Shown: positions 1-11,794 of the stretch, in pieces | Position numbering within the stretch: position 1 is the first letter of the stretch | Layout: each line of letters begins with the position of its first letter | Assembly (NCBI GenBank): GCA_963826525.1 | Contig: CAWGXH010000004.1 | Span: 1,536,001 to 1,600,000 of the forward strand | Direction: 5' to 3' | Source of the DNA: an uncultured Methanomicrobiaceae archaeon | Lineage (GTDB): Archaea > Halobacteriota > Methanomicrobia > Methanomicrobiales > Methanoculleaceae | Length of the DNA stretch: 64,000 nt | The notes under the pieces: generated by a model | What the model was told of the DNA's origin: nothing | The model's input: the letters and a program-made list of their open reading frames with translations, nothing else | Databases searched by the model: none | Program-made: the position numbers and the translations under genes

Positions 1-747
1 ACGGCATACGGAGAGAAGCAGCATCTTCCCGTTCAAGGCGAAGAGGTGTGCATGTACGTCTACCAGGAGTCTGCGTCCTTCTTCTCCGACAAGGATAATT
101 TCACACGTTGCCGCGCCTCTCTCCAGAAGTTCACATGCCATGGCAGTGCAGTCATCCACGCAGTTCTCATCGCAGATATCCAGAAGAGACAGCTCGAGCA
201 TCGCCTCGCGTTCGTACCCCAGTTTTTGCAGCGTCGCGTCGTTTACCTCGGTGAACGGTCCGATCACGCCGTCGGAGACTTCGTTTACCAGGATAGCATC
301 GCTGGCGTTGTCGAAGATTGCCCGGTAGCGTCTCTCGCTTTCAAGAAGCGCCTTCTCCATCCGGTGCCGGATGAGTGCTATCTCGATGAGGCTGAAGACC
401 TCGCGCGTCCGGTATGGTTTTGTGAGGTAGCCGTACGGAGCGCTCTGCAGTACCCGCCTGAGCACGTCATCGTCGGAACGGGCGGTGAGGTAGATCACGG
501 GGATGCGAAGGGTGCTGAGGATCTGCTCTGCCACCTCAATGCCGTCCTGGTGCCCGTCGAGCCTGATGTCCATGAGAACAAGGTCCGGATTGATCTGTGG
601 TATGTCCCGGAGCGCATCCTCTCCGCTTCTGAAGATCGCTGGAATCACATATCCGTGATGCCGCAGAGATTCTTCCAGCGACATCGCGACGATCTCTTCA
701 TCTTCCACAATGACGATTTTTTTTCCGGGGGTGACGACTGAATTCAT
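1..747 (-). CDS. Response-regulator receiver + PAS domain signalling protein (3' end outside window)
   Basis: Hand translation from ATG 747 (not in ORF track): MNSVVTPGKKIVIVEDEEIVAMSL...PDLVLMDIRLDG...PVIYLTA...YLTKP (receiver), then ESERRYRAIFDNASDAILV (PAS). Confidence 0.9.
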   Translation of the reverse strand, partial: MNSVVTPGKKIVIVEDEEIVAMSLEESLRHHGYVIPAIFRSGEDALRDIPQINPDLVLMDIRLDGHQDGIEVAEQILSTLRIPVIYLTARSDDDVLRRVLQSAPYGYLTKPYRTREVFSLIEIALIRHRMEKALLESERRYRAIFDNASDAILVNEVSDGVIGPFTEVNDATLQKLGYEREAMLELSLLDICDENCVDDCTAMACELLERGAATCEIILVGEEGRRLLVDVHAHLFALNGKMLLLSVCR

Positions 748-1040
748 AACTGACTCCGTTGAGGCGGTAAGACGTCCTCTGATGCGTGGAGGAAGCAGTC
801 CTTTGCACACGAGCGATACGGACACACGCGGCCCCTTTCTTGTGGCCACCCTTTTTCCCTGTGCTGGTGGTGACCCCTTCGAGAGGTATTTGCTCCGTTT
901 CCCTCTCGAAACGCATCCGCTTCGTACGGCCGCGGAGAAGGTTCGGGCAATGGTCGTATGTATATGCGCATACTTCGGTAATGATTTAAATTGCTTGCTG
1001 TTTTCCTGTTTCTTGTTTCGAACGCTGGAACTGTGCACAA
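744..1040 (-). CDS. Hypothetical protein (doubtful)
   Basis: Only support is the ATGA stop/start overlap with the receiver gene and a C-terminal CPYRSCAKDC motif. Confidence 0.25.
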   Translation of the reverse strand: MCTVPAFETRNRKTASNLNHYRSMRIYIRPLPEPSPRPYEADAFREGNGANTSRRGHHQHREKGWPQERGRVCPYRSCAKDCFLHASEDVLPPQRSQL

Positions 1041-1078
1041 GGTATAACTTGGAGGAGAATCACCCCGCGTTCGACCCG

Positions 1079-1939
1079 CTACTCATTTTCAAAGACATGT
1101 TTGAGGATTGCATGGATCTCCTGTTTCCGGTGATGGATATACTCTTCACCTGCTCGTGTCGCACTATATACCTTGGAACGCCCCTCTGTTCGCGTTTCGA
1201 GATACTCCTTCTTTTCAAGGTCATACAGATAGGAATAGACCCTGGCCATCGGGATGATCACGTGGAACCGTTCATTGATCCCACGCAGAATATCGTATCC
1301 CGATACCGGCCGGGTGAGGTAGGAGAGGATGAGCGGTTCCAGTAACTTTTTAACCACATCTTCAACGACCGTACGATCTGCAACGTCGATACGCGGCGTG
1401 TTGCGTGGTTCCGGCCGGAGGGAAACGACCGTTTCGTTGGCTGTCATGATGGTAATGTGAGGTATTCCCCAGACGATTTCAGAAGTCTCCGCGCTCGTCA
1501 TCGAGCTGGTGTCAAGTGCAAGCAGCACGGATATTGGGACGCCTGCATCCTGCATCTCCAGGATCTGCTGCTTTACTTTCACAATGCTCCGGAAGTCGTC
1601 GATCCTGGAGAAATCAAACACACATCTGGTGCCCTGACCCTCGTTTGTACCGTCGCAGATATGATCGATAACCTGCGGCAGTTCGTCGATCGAATCTCGT
1701 AACTCAAGGACTGAAATTCGTTTGGCAGCGATATCGGACTGCAGGGCAGATCGCAGTTTCGTATGGTAATACGCATACAGGCAGTGCTCGGATTGCCGTA
1801 TTCCCTGATGTATATACTGAGAAAAATAGTGATACTTGTCCACGCCGTTCGAATAGAGAAACAGGCTGACTGTTGGAATATGGTGCGATAGCAGAACTAT
1901 ACTCGTTGCTCTGTCGGTCTCTGGCGTGGTGTTGTTCAT
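1079..1939 (-). CDS. MEDS/DcmR-like sensory domain fused to PadR-family winged-HTH regulator
   Basis: N-terminal LFLYSN..DKY..FSQYIHQG...EHCLY is MEDS-like. C-terminal LILSYL..PVSGYDIL..I..RF......RVYSYLYDLEKK..K.YS.T..G is PadR-like. Confidence 0.75.
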   Translation of the reverse strand: MNNTTPETDRATSIVLLSHHIPTVSLFLYSNGVDKYHYFSQYIHQGIRQSEHCLYAYYHTKLRSALQSDIAAKRISVLELRDSIDELPQVIDHICDGTNEGQGTRCVFDFSRIDDFRSIVKVKQQILEMQDAGVPISVLLALDTSSMTSAETSEIVWGIPHITIMTANETVVSLRPEPRNTPRIDVADRTVVEDVVKKLLEPLILSYLTRPVSGYDILRGINERFHVIIPMARVYSYLYDLEKKEYLETRTEGRSKVYSATRAGEEYIHHRKQEIHAILKHVFENE

Positions 1940-2160
1940 GGGAGAGTCACCGGTCGAGGTCGCAGGAGTGAATGCAGACCTCAGTTACTGCTGGTCGTTC
2001 GCTACATCAACTTTCGTTCCCCAGTATAAAAATATGGTGAATTAATCGTTCATAATTGGCGCAATTGAGAAAATCTCTTTTATGAGTGGAACATTTTTCC
2101 TTCGAAACGAAAAGAGGCGAACCGAACTGCGGGAAATTTTTATCGTTGCAGGTCGGCCTT

Positions 2161-2652
2161 CTACCGTGTCTCCCGTACGGCTCCGGTGTGGACATTGCGG
2201 TGCGGGTTCTCCGGTGTGAGAGAGGCATGCCTGTCGGGCGGCATCGTCCGCAGATCTGTACTCCCGTTATGGCGGGTAAGTTGAATTTTTAAATGGGTAT
2301 ATCGCGCGGTCAGGATCTGCTTAACGTCGCTTAACATCAGATGTTCCCGATACTCCATCGGGAAGATTGTTGCTTGGGAGCGGATTCTTTTGAGGGCTTC
2401 GCGGTGCTGGCGCCTCGCCGCCCGGGTGTCCCTGGAGACATCTGCGACCTCTGATACCACTGCTGCGATGTCGTTATAGCAGACGGTATAGACCGGCTTT
2501 CTATCGACACCGATATTTCCAAAGTCTCTGTGCTGCCGTGATGCTACGATCCCGTAGAAATAGACGCCGGAACGGTTCTTCTTGTTTGGTTTGCTCGCTT
2601 CATACGTCGTACTACCGGATTGCGCCATACCTGTCATCATAGCTGTTGACAC
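2161..2652 (-). CDS. GvpL/GvpF-family gas-vesicle protein, short or divergent
   Basis: GVYFYGIV...FGNIGVD..PVYTV.YNDIAAVVSEV...H.E.L.......TIFPM matches the GvpL/GvpF N-terminal signature. The C-terminal half appears to be missing. Confidence 0.7.
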   Translation of the reverse strand: MSTAMMTGMAQSGSTTYEASKPNKKNRSGVYFYGIVASRQHRDFGNIGVDRKPVYTVCYNDIAAVVSEVADVSRDTRAARRQHREALKRIRSQATIFPMEYREHLMLSDVKQILTARYTHLKIQLTRHNGSTDLRTMPPDRHASLTPENPHRNVHTGAVRETR

Positions 2653-3607
2653 CTCATGGAGGACGCCTGTCTCTCACGCTGTGTCTTGGCACAAGGTTCA
2701 TTTCAGGTGCGAAGATACTGCCCTCTTCTGTGCATTTTACCGCCGGACAAAAGAGGCATGCGGGTTTTTTCATTTTTTGTTTCAAATGGTGAAACGTTCT
2801 GGCGTTCGCCTTCGTCGGATCGGTGCCGGCCTTTTTTACACGGTGAATTTCTGGTTTTTTATCGTTCCATTGCCGAATCCGCCTCTGGTTTCTTTCTGAT
2901 ATTCCATAAGCCGAATACTTTTGCAGACACGGCAGCATTGCTGCAGGAGGGGGAGGGGCGGTGGCCTAGCTACCCGGCGCCGGTACGCTGGGTGAATTTC
3001 GCCGCCTCTTCGCCGATGGTTGCCCGGTGCAGTCTTCGATACGCTACGGACGTCGCGTGACTTCTTCCGGGAGCATAGATATGCCGCAAACTGTGACGGT
3101 TCGTCGCGGGTGCTTGTTGCACGAGGTCGGTCGCACCGGTTGGCCTGATTGGGCATCGGACACGGAGACCCGGATAGGGGGCAGAGGATCTTTTGAGGGA
3201 CGCTGCTTCTCTGACTGCTCCTCCGGGGATGGGCACGATATTCAGGACATCGTACATTTAGTCTCAAAAAATGAAAGATGGGGTTTCCTTAATTTCACTT
3301 TCAGTAAATCTTGCTCCATAGGGATCTGCTGATGCACCAGATACTTCAAAGCACCTCGTTCACTGATCGGAAAGTCGGAGTTCTCCCCCTGTCATCCGAA
3401 CCAGGTGATACATCGGTATCGGATCCCCCGAATTCCGAGGGAAGATGAAACAAACATGAACAAGAGAGCACAAAACCCGGAGAAGGCGCCCATAGTCCGG
3501 GTGGAAGGTAATCGGGGGGGCCTCCATGCCCAAACACCTTTACGGGATGTACTACTCCTTTGAAACCTTGAAGTTGGACAAAAACCGTCCACAAACCTGG
3601 TTGCACA

Positions 3608-4769
3608 ATGTATAGTGATCATGACCAGCCCCTCAGCCTCGCCTCTCCCTGGAAGTACTGGAGGCAATCCAAAGAGTCTCCGGATGAGCGTGATGAGGGC
3701 GTCTGTTGTTTACCAAAGACCCCGGATGAGATCTTCTGGCTCCGAAACCCGGATGACGGAAAAATACTGTACATCAGCCCTGCAGCAACCAGCATCTGGG
3801 GTATCGATCCCCGCACCCTTCTCGCAGACCCGCGAGCGCTCACGCAATCGATTCATCCCGAGGACCGGGAGAGTTTCATACGGCATCTTGCTGGCCAAAA
3901 ATCCGGCAGTTCTTGCCATCTTCGAGTACAGAATCGTCCTCCCGGATACCAGTGTCAGATGGATTCGGGATCGTGTTTTTCCTATCCGGGATGGAGATGA
4001 ACGGTTTATGCACATGCTCGGAGTGTCGACTGATATCACCGGAGAGATCAGTGCGGAAACTGCCCTGAAGAACGAGCTTGAGCGAAAAGCAGATTTTCTC
4101 TCGATTGCATCGCACGAGCTGAAAACACCCCTTCAACCAATCGTGGGGTACCTCTATCTCATGCTCGAGAACCCGCATGATTTTGGACTGACTGCAGAGG
4201 GTACGCTGTTTTTGGAGGAGATTCAAAAATCCATAACCCGGGTGAATGAGGTCGTAAACCGGATTCTCGCGGTGAGCCTTACCGACATCGAACAGGAGAT
4301 CGTGCAGCCGCATTGGGAGATCGTAGCACTTGAAGACCTCGTCGGCCATGTCATTCGGGCCTGCAACACCGGAGACGAGACGACGTATGCTCTTGATCTC
4401 CCTCCCGATCAGACGATCGAGACCGATTGGGACTACCTCTACGAAACGTTGTACGAAATCTGCGTCAATGCGGTGAAGCATTCCGATCCTCCGCATCGCA
4501 TTGTCATTGGGTATACCGAGGACACCGAGTCTCATCTCCTCTCAATATCCGATAATGGCCCCGGCATGGACGAGACTACCCGCAGAAATCTATTTCGTCC
4601 GTTCTATATCGGTGACAAGGATAAACTCTCCCGGACGTGCGGACGTCTCGGGCTCGGGCTCACCATCGCAAAAAAGAATGTCGAGATACTGGGGGGGACC
4701 ATTTTGGTTGCCAGCACCCCGGGTCAGGGGAGTACGTTCACCCTCCGGCTCCCGAAACAGCATACGTGA
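3608..4769 (+). CDS. PAS-domain sensor histidine kinase (frameshift ~3915)
   Basis: PAS start ILYISPA..IWG...IHPEDR in ORF 3608 continues in ORF 3615 as FEYRIV..DTSVRWIRDR. H-box SHELKTPL, NAVKH, DNGPGM and GLGLTI boxes follow. Confidence 0.85.
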
Positions 4770-4802
4770 GCCGGGAGGAGGTGTCTCTGAGGGGTTCCCT
4801 CC

Positions 4803-7735
4803 TTACGAGGCGGCGTGGGAAGAGGATTCGTCTTCTTCTCTCCCTGCCCCGGAGTTCCTCTGATCCTTCTCATGAATGAGGCTGATAACCTTCATCGCAG
4901 CATAGACTCCTTTGACCTGAAGATCACTCCTCCGCCGTAATACTGCTTTAATCGCCTGAACCGTTTCGCTATCCCCGGTCTTCTCGAGAGATGTAATTGC
5001 CCCTTCCTGGATCTCCCGGTCCGTGTCGAAGAGTGCCTCGATGAGCGCGCCCGTCGCTGGCTTTCCAAGTGCAACAACGTCATCCCACTGCTTGTCCACT
5101 ATCAACACCGTTGCATATTCTTCCGGGAGACGTGGTTGCCACCCGCTCTGTTCAAGTGTCGAAAGCACCTCCCTGCGGACGGAAAAACTGCCGGAGCGAA
5201 GGAGAGGGACAAGTTGAGACATGGCCTTTTCCTCCCCGAGGAGCGTCTTCAAGGCACCGATAGCGTTACGCCGGATGACCTGCTCCTCGTCTTTCAGAAA
5301 AACCGATGCGTGCGAGCCCCAATAGTCGGCCCGCTTCATCAAGGACGATCGTGCGGCAGATTTCACGTCTGCGTGCGTATCCTCCAGTGCAGAGAGCAGT
5401 GCGCGTATCGCTTCATCGTCTTCGAACTCACCGAGGGTTTTGACGGCAAGAGAACGGCTTCCGGGGTCCGGACTTTTCGTGAGCTCGCAGAGCGGGCGAA
5501 CGGCCCCCCTCGGTTTCAGAACCGCAATTGATTCAGCAGCCCGCCGTTTTACTTCAAATACCGGATCATCGAGTGCAACGACCAGAGAACTGAAAACACG
5601 GTGATCGCCCAGCATTCCGAGAGATAGCGCTGCACGCCACCGGACTTCTGCGTCCGGATCGCCCAGTGCGTTCATGAGCGGCTGAATGCCCCGGAGGTCC
5701 CCGAGTCTGCCCAGCGCTTCGGCAGCCTTGTGCCGCAGCGAGGGATCTGCATGAAGATCGGCCAGCGCACCGATGAAATACTGCAGGTCCGGCACGTTGT
5801 CGTCTGTTGTGGGAGATGCCTCCTTGACTTCGGACAGCATCTCTGTCCTGGTTTTCTCACCTGATAGGGCTTTTTCCTGTTCGGCGACTCCTGGCTCTCT
5901 CGGGATCCGGCTGCGTAGATCCTTCGGCACCAGTGCCGGTTTTGCGTTCTGCGGCTTCGGAGATGAGTTGCTGATAAGGCCGAGGCGCCGTATCTCCTTC
6001 CAGTTCTCCTTTGCAATAAGATACGCCAATTGTTCTTTGGCGTCTGCGGGTTTCCAGCCGATTGCGTCGAGTGCTCGAGCTGCCGCCAGTCTCACCTCCG
6101 TATCCGGGTCATCAAGCAGCGTCGTGAGTGGCCGGGCCGCTGCGACTGCATTGCATATGCCGAGCAGACGAGCTGCTTCTTTTCGTATTCCGACATCCGG
6201 GTCTTGTAGCGCCTGAATAAGGAGATCCATTGCTTCGGTTCCCGGATATGACCCAAGTGCCTGTACTGTCTCCATGCGAACGGTGAGATTGGGATCATGG
6301 AAGAAGGAGAGCAGAGCCGGCAGCACTCGCGTATCTCCGATGCTGCCCATAGCCTGTATTGCGCCGAGACGAACCTCATAGTTCCCGTCACCGGCTGCGG
6401 CGATGATGGTCGCAACGGCGCGTTTCGATCCGATCTTCCCGAGTGCAATAACCGAATATTTGCAGAGGTCGGTGTTTCCGGTTGTAAATGCCCGGATAAG
6501 GGGATCCACTGCTGTTGAATCTTTCATTTCTCCGAGGGCTATCGCAGCAGAGCTTGAAACGCGTTTGTCTGCATCCTCGAGTGCTGCGATGAGAGGCCCG
6601 ACTGCCCGTTTGTCACGGCTACCGCCGAGTATCGAAGCTGCTCTCCACCTGATATCCGGGTCGGGGTTTTTCAGCAACGCGATGAGGGGTTCGGTTGCCA
6701 GGTGACCGAGTATCTTGAGCGCCTCTGCTATGTTCGTCCTCTCTGCAGCCTGCCGTTCCTGTAACTCACGGGTGAGAGGGCCGATGCCGTGCCGCTTGAG
6801 CCGTACCAGGCCTATCCAATCGTCTTTCGCGCTTAGGAACAGGATCTGCCGGTACAGACTCTTCGGCTCCCACCCTAACCGTTCGAGTGCTCCTGCCGCT
6901 ACTTTTCGGGTATCAGAAAGGTGCTTTCGAGCCCGTGAATAAGAGCCCGTATCGATCCGACATCCCCTATCTCCGCCAGGGCGGCAGCGGCTTCGTAACT
7001 GACGGCTTCTACCGGATCGTCAAGAGCCCGCTCGAGGTGCACAACCGCATGCGGGCTTCTTGTTTCACCGAGAATTTTTGCGGCACGCATCCTGACGTCA
7101 AAGTACTCGTCGTTCAGCGCCCAGACGAGGACGTCAATGAGGTGCCTGCGATGCCGCGACACTTCCTTCCAGTCTCTTCGGGCAAACGCAAAAACGCCTA
7201 TTTCTCTGGTATCATTAGGTTTCCACCCGCAAGTTTCCAGGGACTCGGCTGCTTTTGACCTGATGCCGGGATGCGGATCAAGCAGTTTCTCCTGCAATGC
7301 TGCACTTGCATGCTGATCCCCGACATTTCCAAGCGCCCAAATCGTTGCAATCCGTATGTCGTGGTCGGCGTCCGGGAGACACCGAATGATATGCGCCGTC
7401 GCACGCGGGTCGCGGATCTTTCCAAGTGCCCAGATCACCTGGAGCCGCATTGTTCCGTCAGGATCTTGTAGGAGAGGGATGAGTGCGTCTGTTGCCCGAG
7501 AATCTCCGATCGAACCGAGTGCCTCTGCAGCTTTCCACCGGACATCCGGATCGGAATCGGACAATGCCTGCATGAGGGGTTCGACTGCCTTCTGGTCGCG
7601 TAACTCTCCAAGGCCTCCCGCTGCCATCCACCGGAGATCCTTATCCTCGCTCCCGAGTGCCGTCAGCAGATTTCTGATGTCCCTCTTTGCAACCAGGCGG
7701 TTGATGTCGGTGGTGCCGAAATGGAATGGTTTCAT
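4803..7735 (-). CDS. Large HEAT-repeat (PBS lyase-like) protein (frameshift ~6905)
   Basis: Many L.D.D..VR..AA.ALG.IGD.RA repeats in ORFs 6899-7735 and 4803-6677, with HEAT-like sequence bridging them. Confidence 0.85.
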
Positions 7736-7757
7736 GCTGCATCTCTCATGGAGAACA

Positions 7758-8168
7758 CTATCCGGACGTCCCTGTAGTCCTTTCTGACCGGCATAATCCC
7801 ATCAGTCCGCTGTACTGTGCGATGATCTCTTTCAACCGTGCCGGTTCGACGGGTTTAATGACAACTCCGGCAATGCTATCCGCGTAAGGTGCAAGTTCTT
7901 CATCATTTAGTTTCCATGCCGAGAGGATCACGACCGGGACATTCAGTGCTCCGGGAAGTTTCCTCCGTTCGTCCAGAAATTGCAACCCGTTCATCGGGGA
8001 CATCATGAGGTCAAGGAGTATCAGTGCAGGAGGATCGCTTTCTAGTATGTCGAGGCCAATTCTCGGATCGTTCACCGTCACAGGGGAGTATCCAAATGAT
8101 TTTATCAGCAGGTTGAGGATCCGAAGGTTTTTTTCGTCGTCATCGATGACCAGTACTTTCTTTGTCAT
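7758..8168 (-). CDS. Stand-alone CheY-like response regulator
   Basis: VLVIDDD, LILLDLMMSPMNG, VVILSA, IKP receiver motifs. Confidence 0.9.
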   Translation of the reverse strand: MTKKVLVIDDDEKNLRILNLLIKSFGYSPVTVNDPRIGLDILESDPPALILLDLMMSPMNGLQFLDERRKLPGALNVPVVILSAWKLNDEELAPYADSIAGVVIKPVEPARLKEIIAQYSGLMGLCRSERTTGTSG

Positions 8169-8606
8169 ACCTAGTGTCCTGTCTTTTTGATCCGTTCCCG
8201 GAACGAATGCTGCAGCTCTGGAAGAGAAACGGGTTCCGACAGTAAAGTATTTTCAAGGGTGATGTTTAAAGGTTTCTTATTCGCAGCGAAGAGGCACAAT
8301 TTTCAATTTCCGTACACGGTGCATCTTCTCACTCCCGAATCTTCCTGCAGACGGATCCGGAGAGTCTTTATGAGGCATTCTGCCGGCTCTGCGCTCTTCC
8401 TCAACACTGGGCGCTGCCGGGGATCGAGGAGGCCAATTGTATCGGGAGGGAGTTTTCCCCTCCCCCCCGTCACCCCGCGAAGGCTCTCGCACCGGTTCAC
8501 TCTTCGAAGATGCCGCAGAGCAGATCCTGAAGGTGTACGGGAATTAACCCCCGTCCGGGAAGACCGATCTGTACGAAAGAATGTGTCTTCGACTCTCTTC
8601 CGATGA

Positions 8607-10065
8607 TCACTGTTCCTTGCTCCGAATCGGTCTGTAGGATCCCTGTGGGATGAGGATCTCAAAACGGGCGCCTTTTCCCGGAGTACCTGTTTCACGGATA
8701 GAGAGATTGGTGATGGAAAGGATCTCCCTGGTCAGAAAGAGGCCGTAACCTGTGTTTTTGTAATGCTCTCTTTTGAAGATCGCCTCTTTGAGCTGTTCGG
8801 GAATCCCCTGACCGTCGTCTTCGCAGAGGAGCACCATGTCGCGACCTCTGTCCTGTGTTGAAAACGTGATCCGTGTTGTTTGTTCTCCGTGAACGACCGC
8901 ATTCGTTGCAAGGTTATAGATCACTCTTTCGAGGAGAGCGTCGGCATAGACCTCTATAGGATCGGCCGTCACGGTAATTGTTACTCCCTTCGGCGTGACG
9001 GTTGCGGTTCCTCTGGCAATCGTATCCCGAAGATCCTGCCAGACCGGCTCTTTAATCCTGATGCTCTGGTAATCCCGCGAAAACTCCACCTGCTCCCATA
9101 AAGTATGGGTGAGAACGTCGATCTCACCGATATATTCCGTCAGTGGTTGTGTCGCGGGAACTGTCTGTTTGGCCACCTCGATATACCCCAGCAGAGCTTG
9201 AATTGTGTTCAACAGGTCGTGCTGCGTAATTTTGCTGATGAGCGTGAGTTTGGTATTGGCCAGGGTGAGAGACTCGTTTGCCTGTTGCAGCTGAATCCTC
9301 GTCTCGTGGAACTGTGTTACGTCGCGTATCGATTCGATGGCCCCCACTACCTCGCCCTGGTTGTTGCGAAGGGGGGTCGCGATGATCCAGAGCACAGTCC
9401 TTCTCCCGTGAAGGTCTCGGACTTCGACATCGCCGGAGAGTACTCCGTCGATGTTACGGATGTTCGGATACGTCTCCCTGAGCAGTTCCGGGTCGTCATC
9501 AATTACGATATCGAGCAGGATCGGGCGGCGTTTTCCGAAGAGGCGGTAGGCAGACTCGTAATTTCCCTTGCCGATGACCTCTTCGCCCTTGGTGCCGGTC
9601 AGTTCCTCCATCGCCCGGTTCCATATAACGATCCGGCCGGCCAGATCCCTCACGATTGTTGCATCGGGAAGAAAATCTATGATATTGATGAGTTTTTTCT
9701 CGGATTCCGCCAATGCCTCTTTTGTGCGCTGCTGGCTGGCCGAGAGATAGGTGATAACACTGGCTACGAGTATGAAGAGAATGAACCGCACGGCTGCCCC
9801 GAGGATGGTTTCCGCATCCTGCGTGAACAAGAAAACCATGACGACATAGAGGCATGCGAGCACAACCGAGAACACAAAACCTCTTTGGGCATAAAAAAAG
9901 CATGCGAGGAGGATCGGGAAATAAAAAAGATTCTGATATATGATGTAGATGCCGACTCAAGCGAGTAAATACTGATGGCAATGGCAAGGGCAGGTACTCG
10001 CTACGACCAGAACGAGTGGAACACTGGTCGGAGCCCCTGAATCGGAGATGGCGATGTTTATTCAT
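8607..10065 (-). CDS. Membrane-bound PAS sensor histidine kinase (N-terminal frameshifts; start approximate)
   Basis: TM helices, PAS (IIDFLPDAT..D..G.IVIWN), H-box QHDLLN, NAVVHG, EDDGQGIP, GYGLFL. TM reading frame extends upstream of 9875 across indels. Confidence 0.85.
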
Positions 10066-10566
10066 GATTTTGATTACGTATCGCTGATTTTGGTTCAAAC
10101 ACCGTACCGTTCCGCCGCCCCGCCCATATCGTATGACCGTAATAAGGGGGCTGAACCGGCACCACTCTCACGAGCCCGGTGATTTCACCGGTTTGGCTGC
10201 CAGTACGTCTCTTCCGTGATCGAGTGTGTCGATGGGGCACTAACACAACGATTAGAATGTAATTGCTGATTGGATAATTTAAACTTTCTTGATGATGAAG
10301 CTCTGGGAATTTCCGGATTCTCGATAACGTCGATCACTCCATGATTTTTATTGGCATTGCTGCACAGGGCAAGTTCCTTTTAGAGGTGGATGTATCGGAT
10401 GCAATACCTAGTTGTATCACCTGGATGCACCCCATGCATTTCAGGATTAGCGGGCGATGTGCATCGGTTACTCGCCGTGCCGAAATCCTACCTCTAAAAC
10501 CTTCGTTAAAACCGGGAAAGAATCCTTAACTAGCCCCTTTCAGGACGGAGAGAGGGGGTGTCCCTC

Positions 10567-11070
10567 TCACCCGAGCGCCGGCATGCCGTCCGCCCAGGTC
10601 TCGACCGTGGTGCGGATAGCGTTGTCCTCGTAGGCCGTGATCCGGACTGCATCACGGCTGAACGTGACGTAGTAGATCTCGCCGGACGGGTCGTGGCACT
10701 TCAGCTGGCACGAGTAGGAATCGTGCTCCGCATCGCGGACGGCCTCGCCACCCATCGCGGTCGCGAGCGCCGCATTGCCCATCAGGTTGGTGGCGACGGT
10801 CCCGAACGCGGCGACCGTCGGTGCCCGTGCGGAGATAGCCCCGACACGCTTGCCATCGTCGTCCTCGAAGTTCACCTTCGCGGTGTAGGACTCGCGGTTC
10901 AGCGTCACGCCGTCATAGGTGACGCCGCCCTCGATGTAGTCCACGCACCCGAAGGGGTTGTCGGCCAGCACGCTCGCGACGATAGCGTCGAAGGTGCTGA
11001 TGTCGGCGATCGGGATGGAAAGTTCCCGGACCGCCGTTCTGGTGTTGCTCTTCTCGATAAAGTCCGCCAT
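10567..11070 (-). CDS. Hypothetical protein (167 aa)
   Basis: Coding-like acidic ORF starting MADFIEKSNTRTAVRELS, with strong GC3 bias and GGAG upstream. Resembles, from recollection only, a Methanomicrobiales multicopy family. Confidence 0.75.
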   Translation of the reverse strand: MADFIEKSNTRTAVRELSIPIADISTFDAIVASVLADNPFGCVDYIEGGVTYDGVTLNRESYTAKVNFEDDDGKRVGAISARAPTVAAFGTVATNLMGNAALATAMGGEAVRDAEHDSYSCQLKCHDPSGEIYYVTFSRDAVRITAYEDNAIRTTVETWADGMPALG

Positions 11071-11184
11071 TGGCAGTGCTCCTGCCTGTCGGGTCCCGGG
11101 ATGACAGACAATCATTAGGTATTACTTACAGTAATATTAATGTGACTTTATCACCTATCCTTTCTCCAATGGAGGAATGATGCG

Positions 11185-11430
11185 ATGCCGGAGGAGAAGA
11201 CCACCCGGGAGCTCGTCTACGAGACCAACCGGGACGTGAAGTGGATCTGCAGGACGCTTGCGGAGATGAAGGAGCAGGCCGGTGATCACGAGAATCGTCT
11301 GCGAGCGATCGAGGGCTGGCGGCAGACGAAGATCGGCGAGGAACAGCGGATGCAGCGGATCAGCGCCGGCGCCGGCGGGCTCGTCGGCGGGGTCGTAGCG
11401 GTCATGGTGCGGGTGCTCGGCGGGTGGTAG
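11185..11430 (+). CDS. Small coiled-coil protein with C-terminal TM helix (virus-like, XhlA/holin-type architecture)
   Basis: GGAGG RBS; heptad stretch DHENRLRAIE; C-terminal hydrophobic AGGLVGGVVAVMV. Confidence 0.65.
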   Translation: MPEEKTTRELVYETNRDVKWICRTLAEMKEQAGDHENRLRAIEGWRQTKIGEEQRMQRISAGAGGLVGGVVAVMVRVLGGW

Positions 11431-11794
11431 GAAGCAATCGCTTCGTGCAGGATGTTGCCGACGGCAGAGCGGGGCAGTTCTGCCACAAAAAAGTCAGTAA
11501 GATATACTACCAGAATCTCGAGGGTCTTTTTGTGCCGCTGCAGAAACATCCTGAGGTCTTCGTCCTGCGATGGCTGCGGCTTCTCTTCCTTTGCCTGACT
11601 TCACGAGAGCCTCCAGACTCCGGTTGAGAAAAGCCTGGTTCCTGCGCAGAACAACGACGAGCACGAGCATACGACAGGATAACATCCGGGTCGCGTTCGT
11701 CCCGGGGAGAAATAACCACCAAAGGCGTCGCCATCATGACCGGCGATACATTCCAACGTGGGTTCTGCAATCAGGCAACGTTCCGCTGCGCTCT

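Noticed and set aside
2654-3600. Several short ORFs between the gvpF-like gene and the kinase
   Set aside because: No motifs, atypical composition and mutually overlapping; none can be supported.
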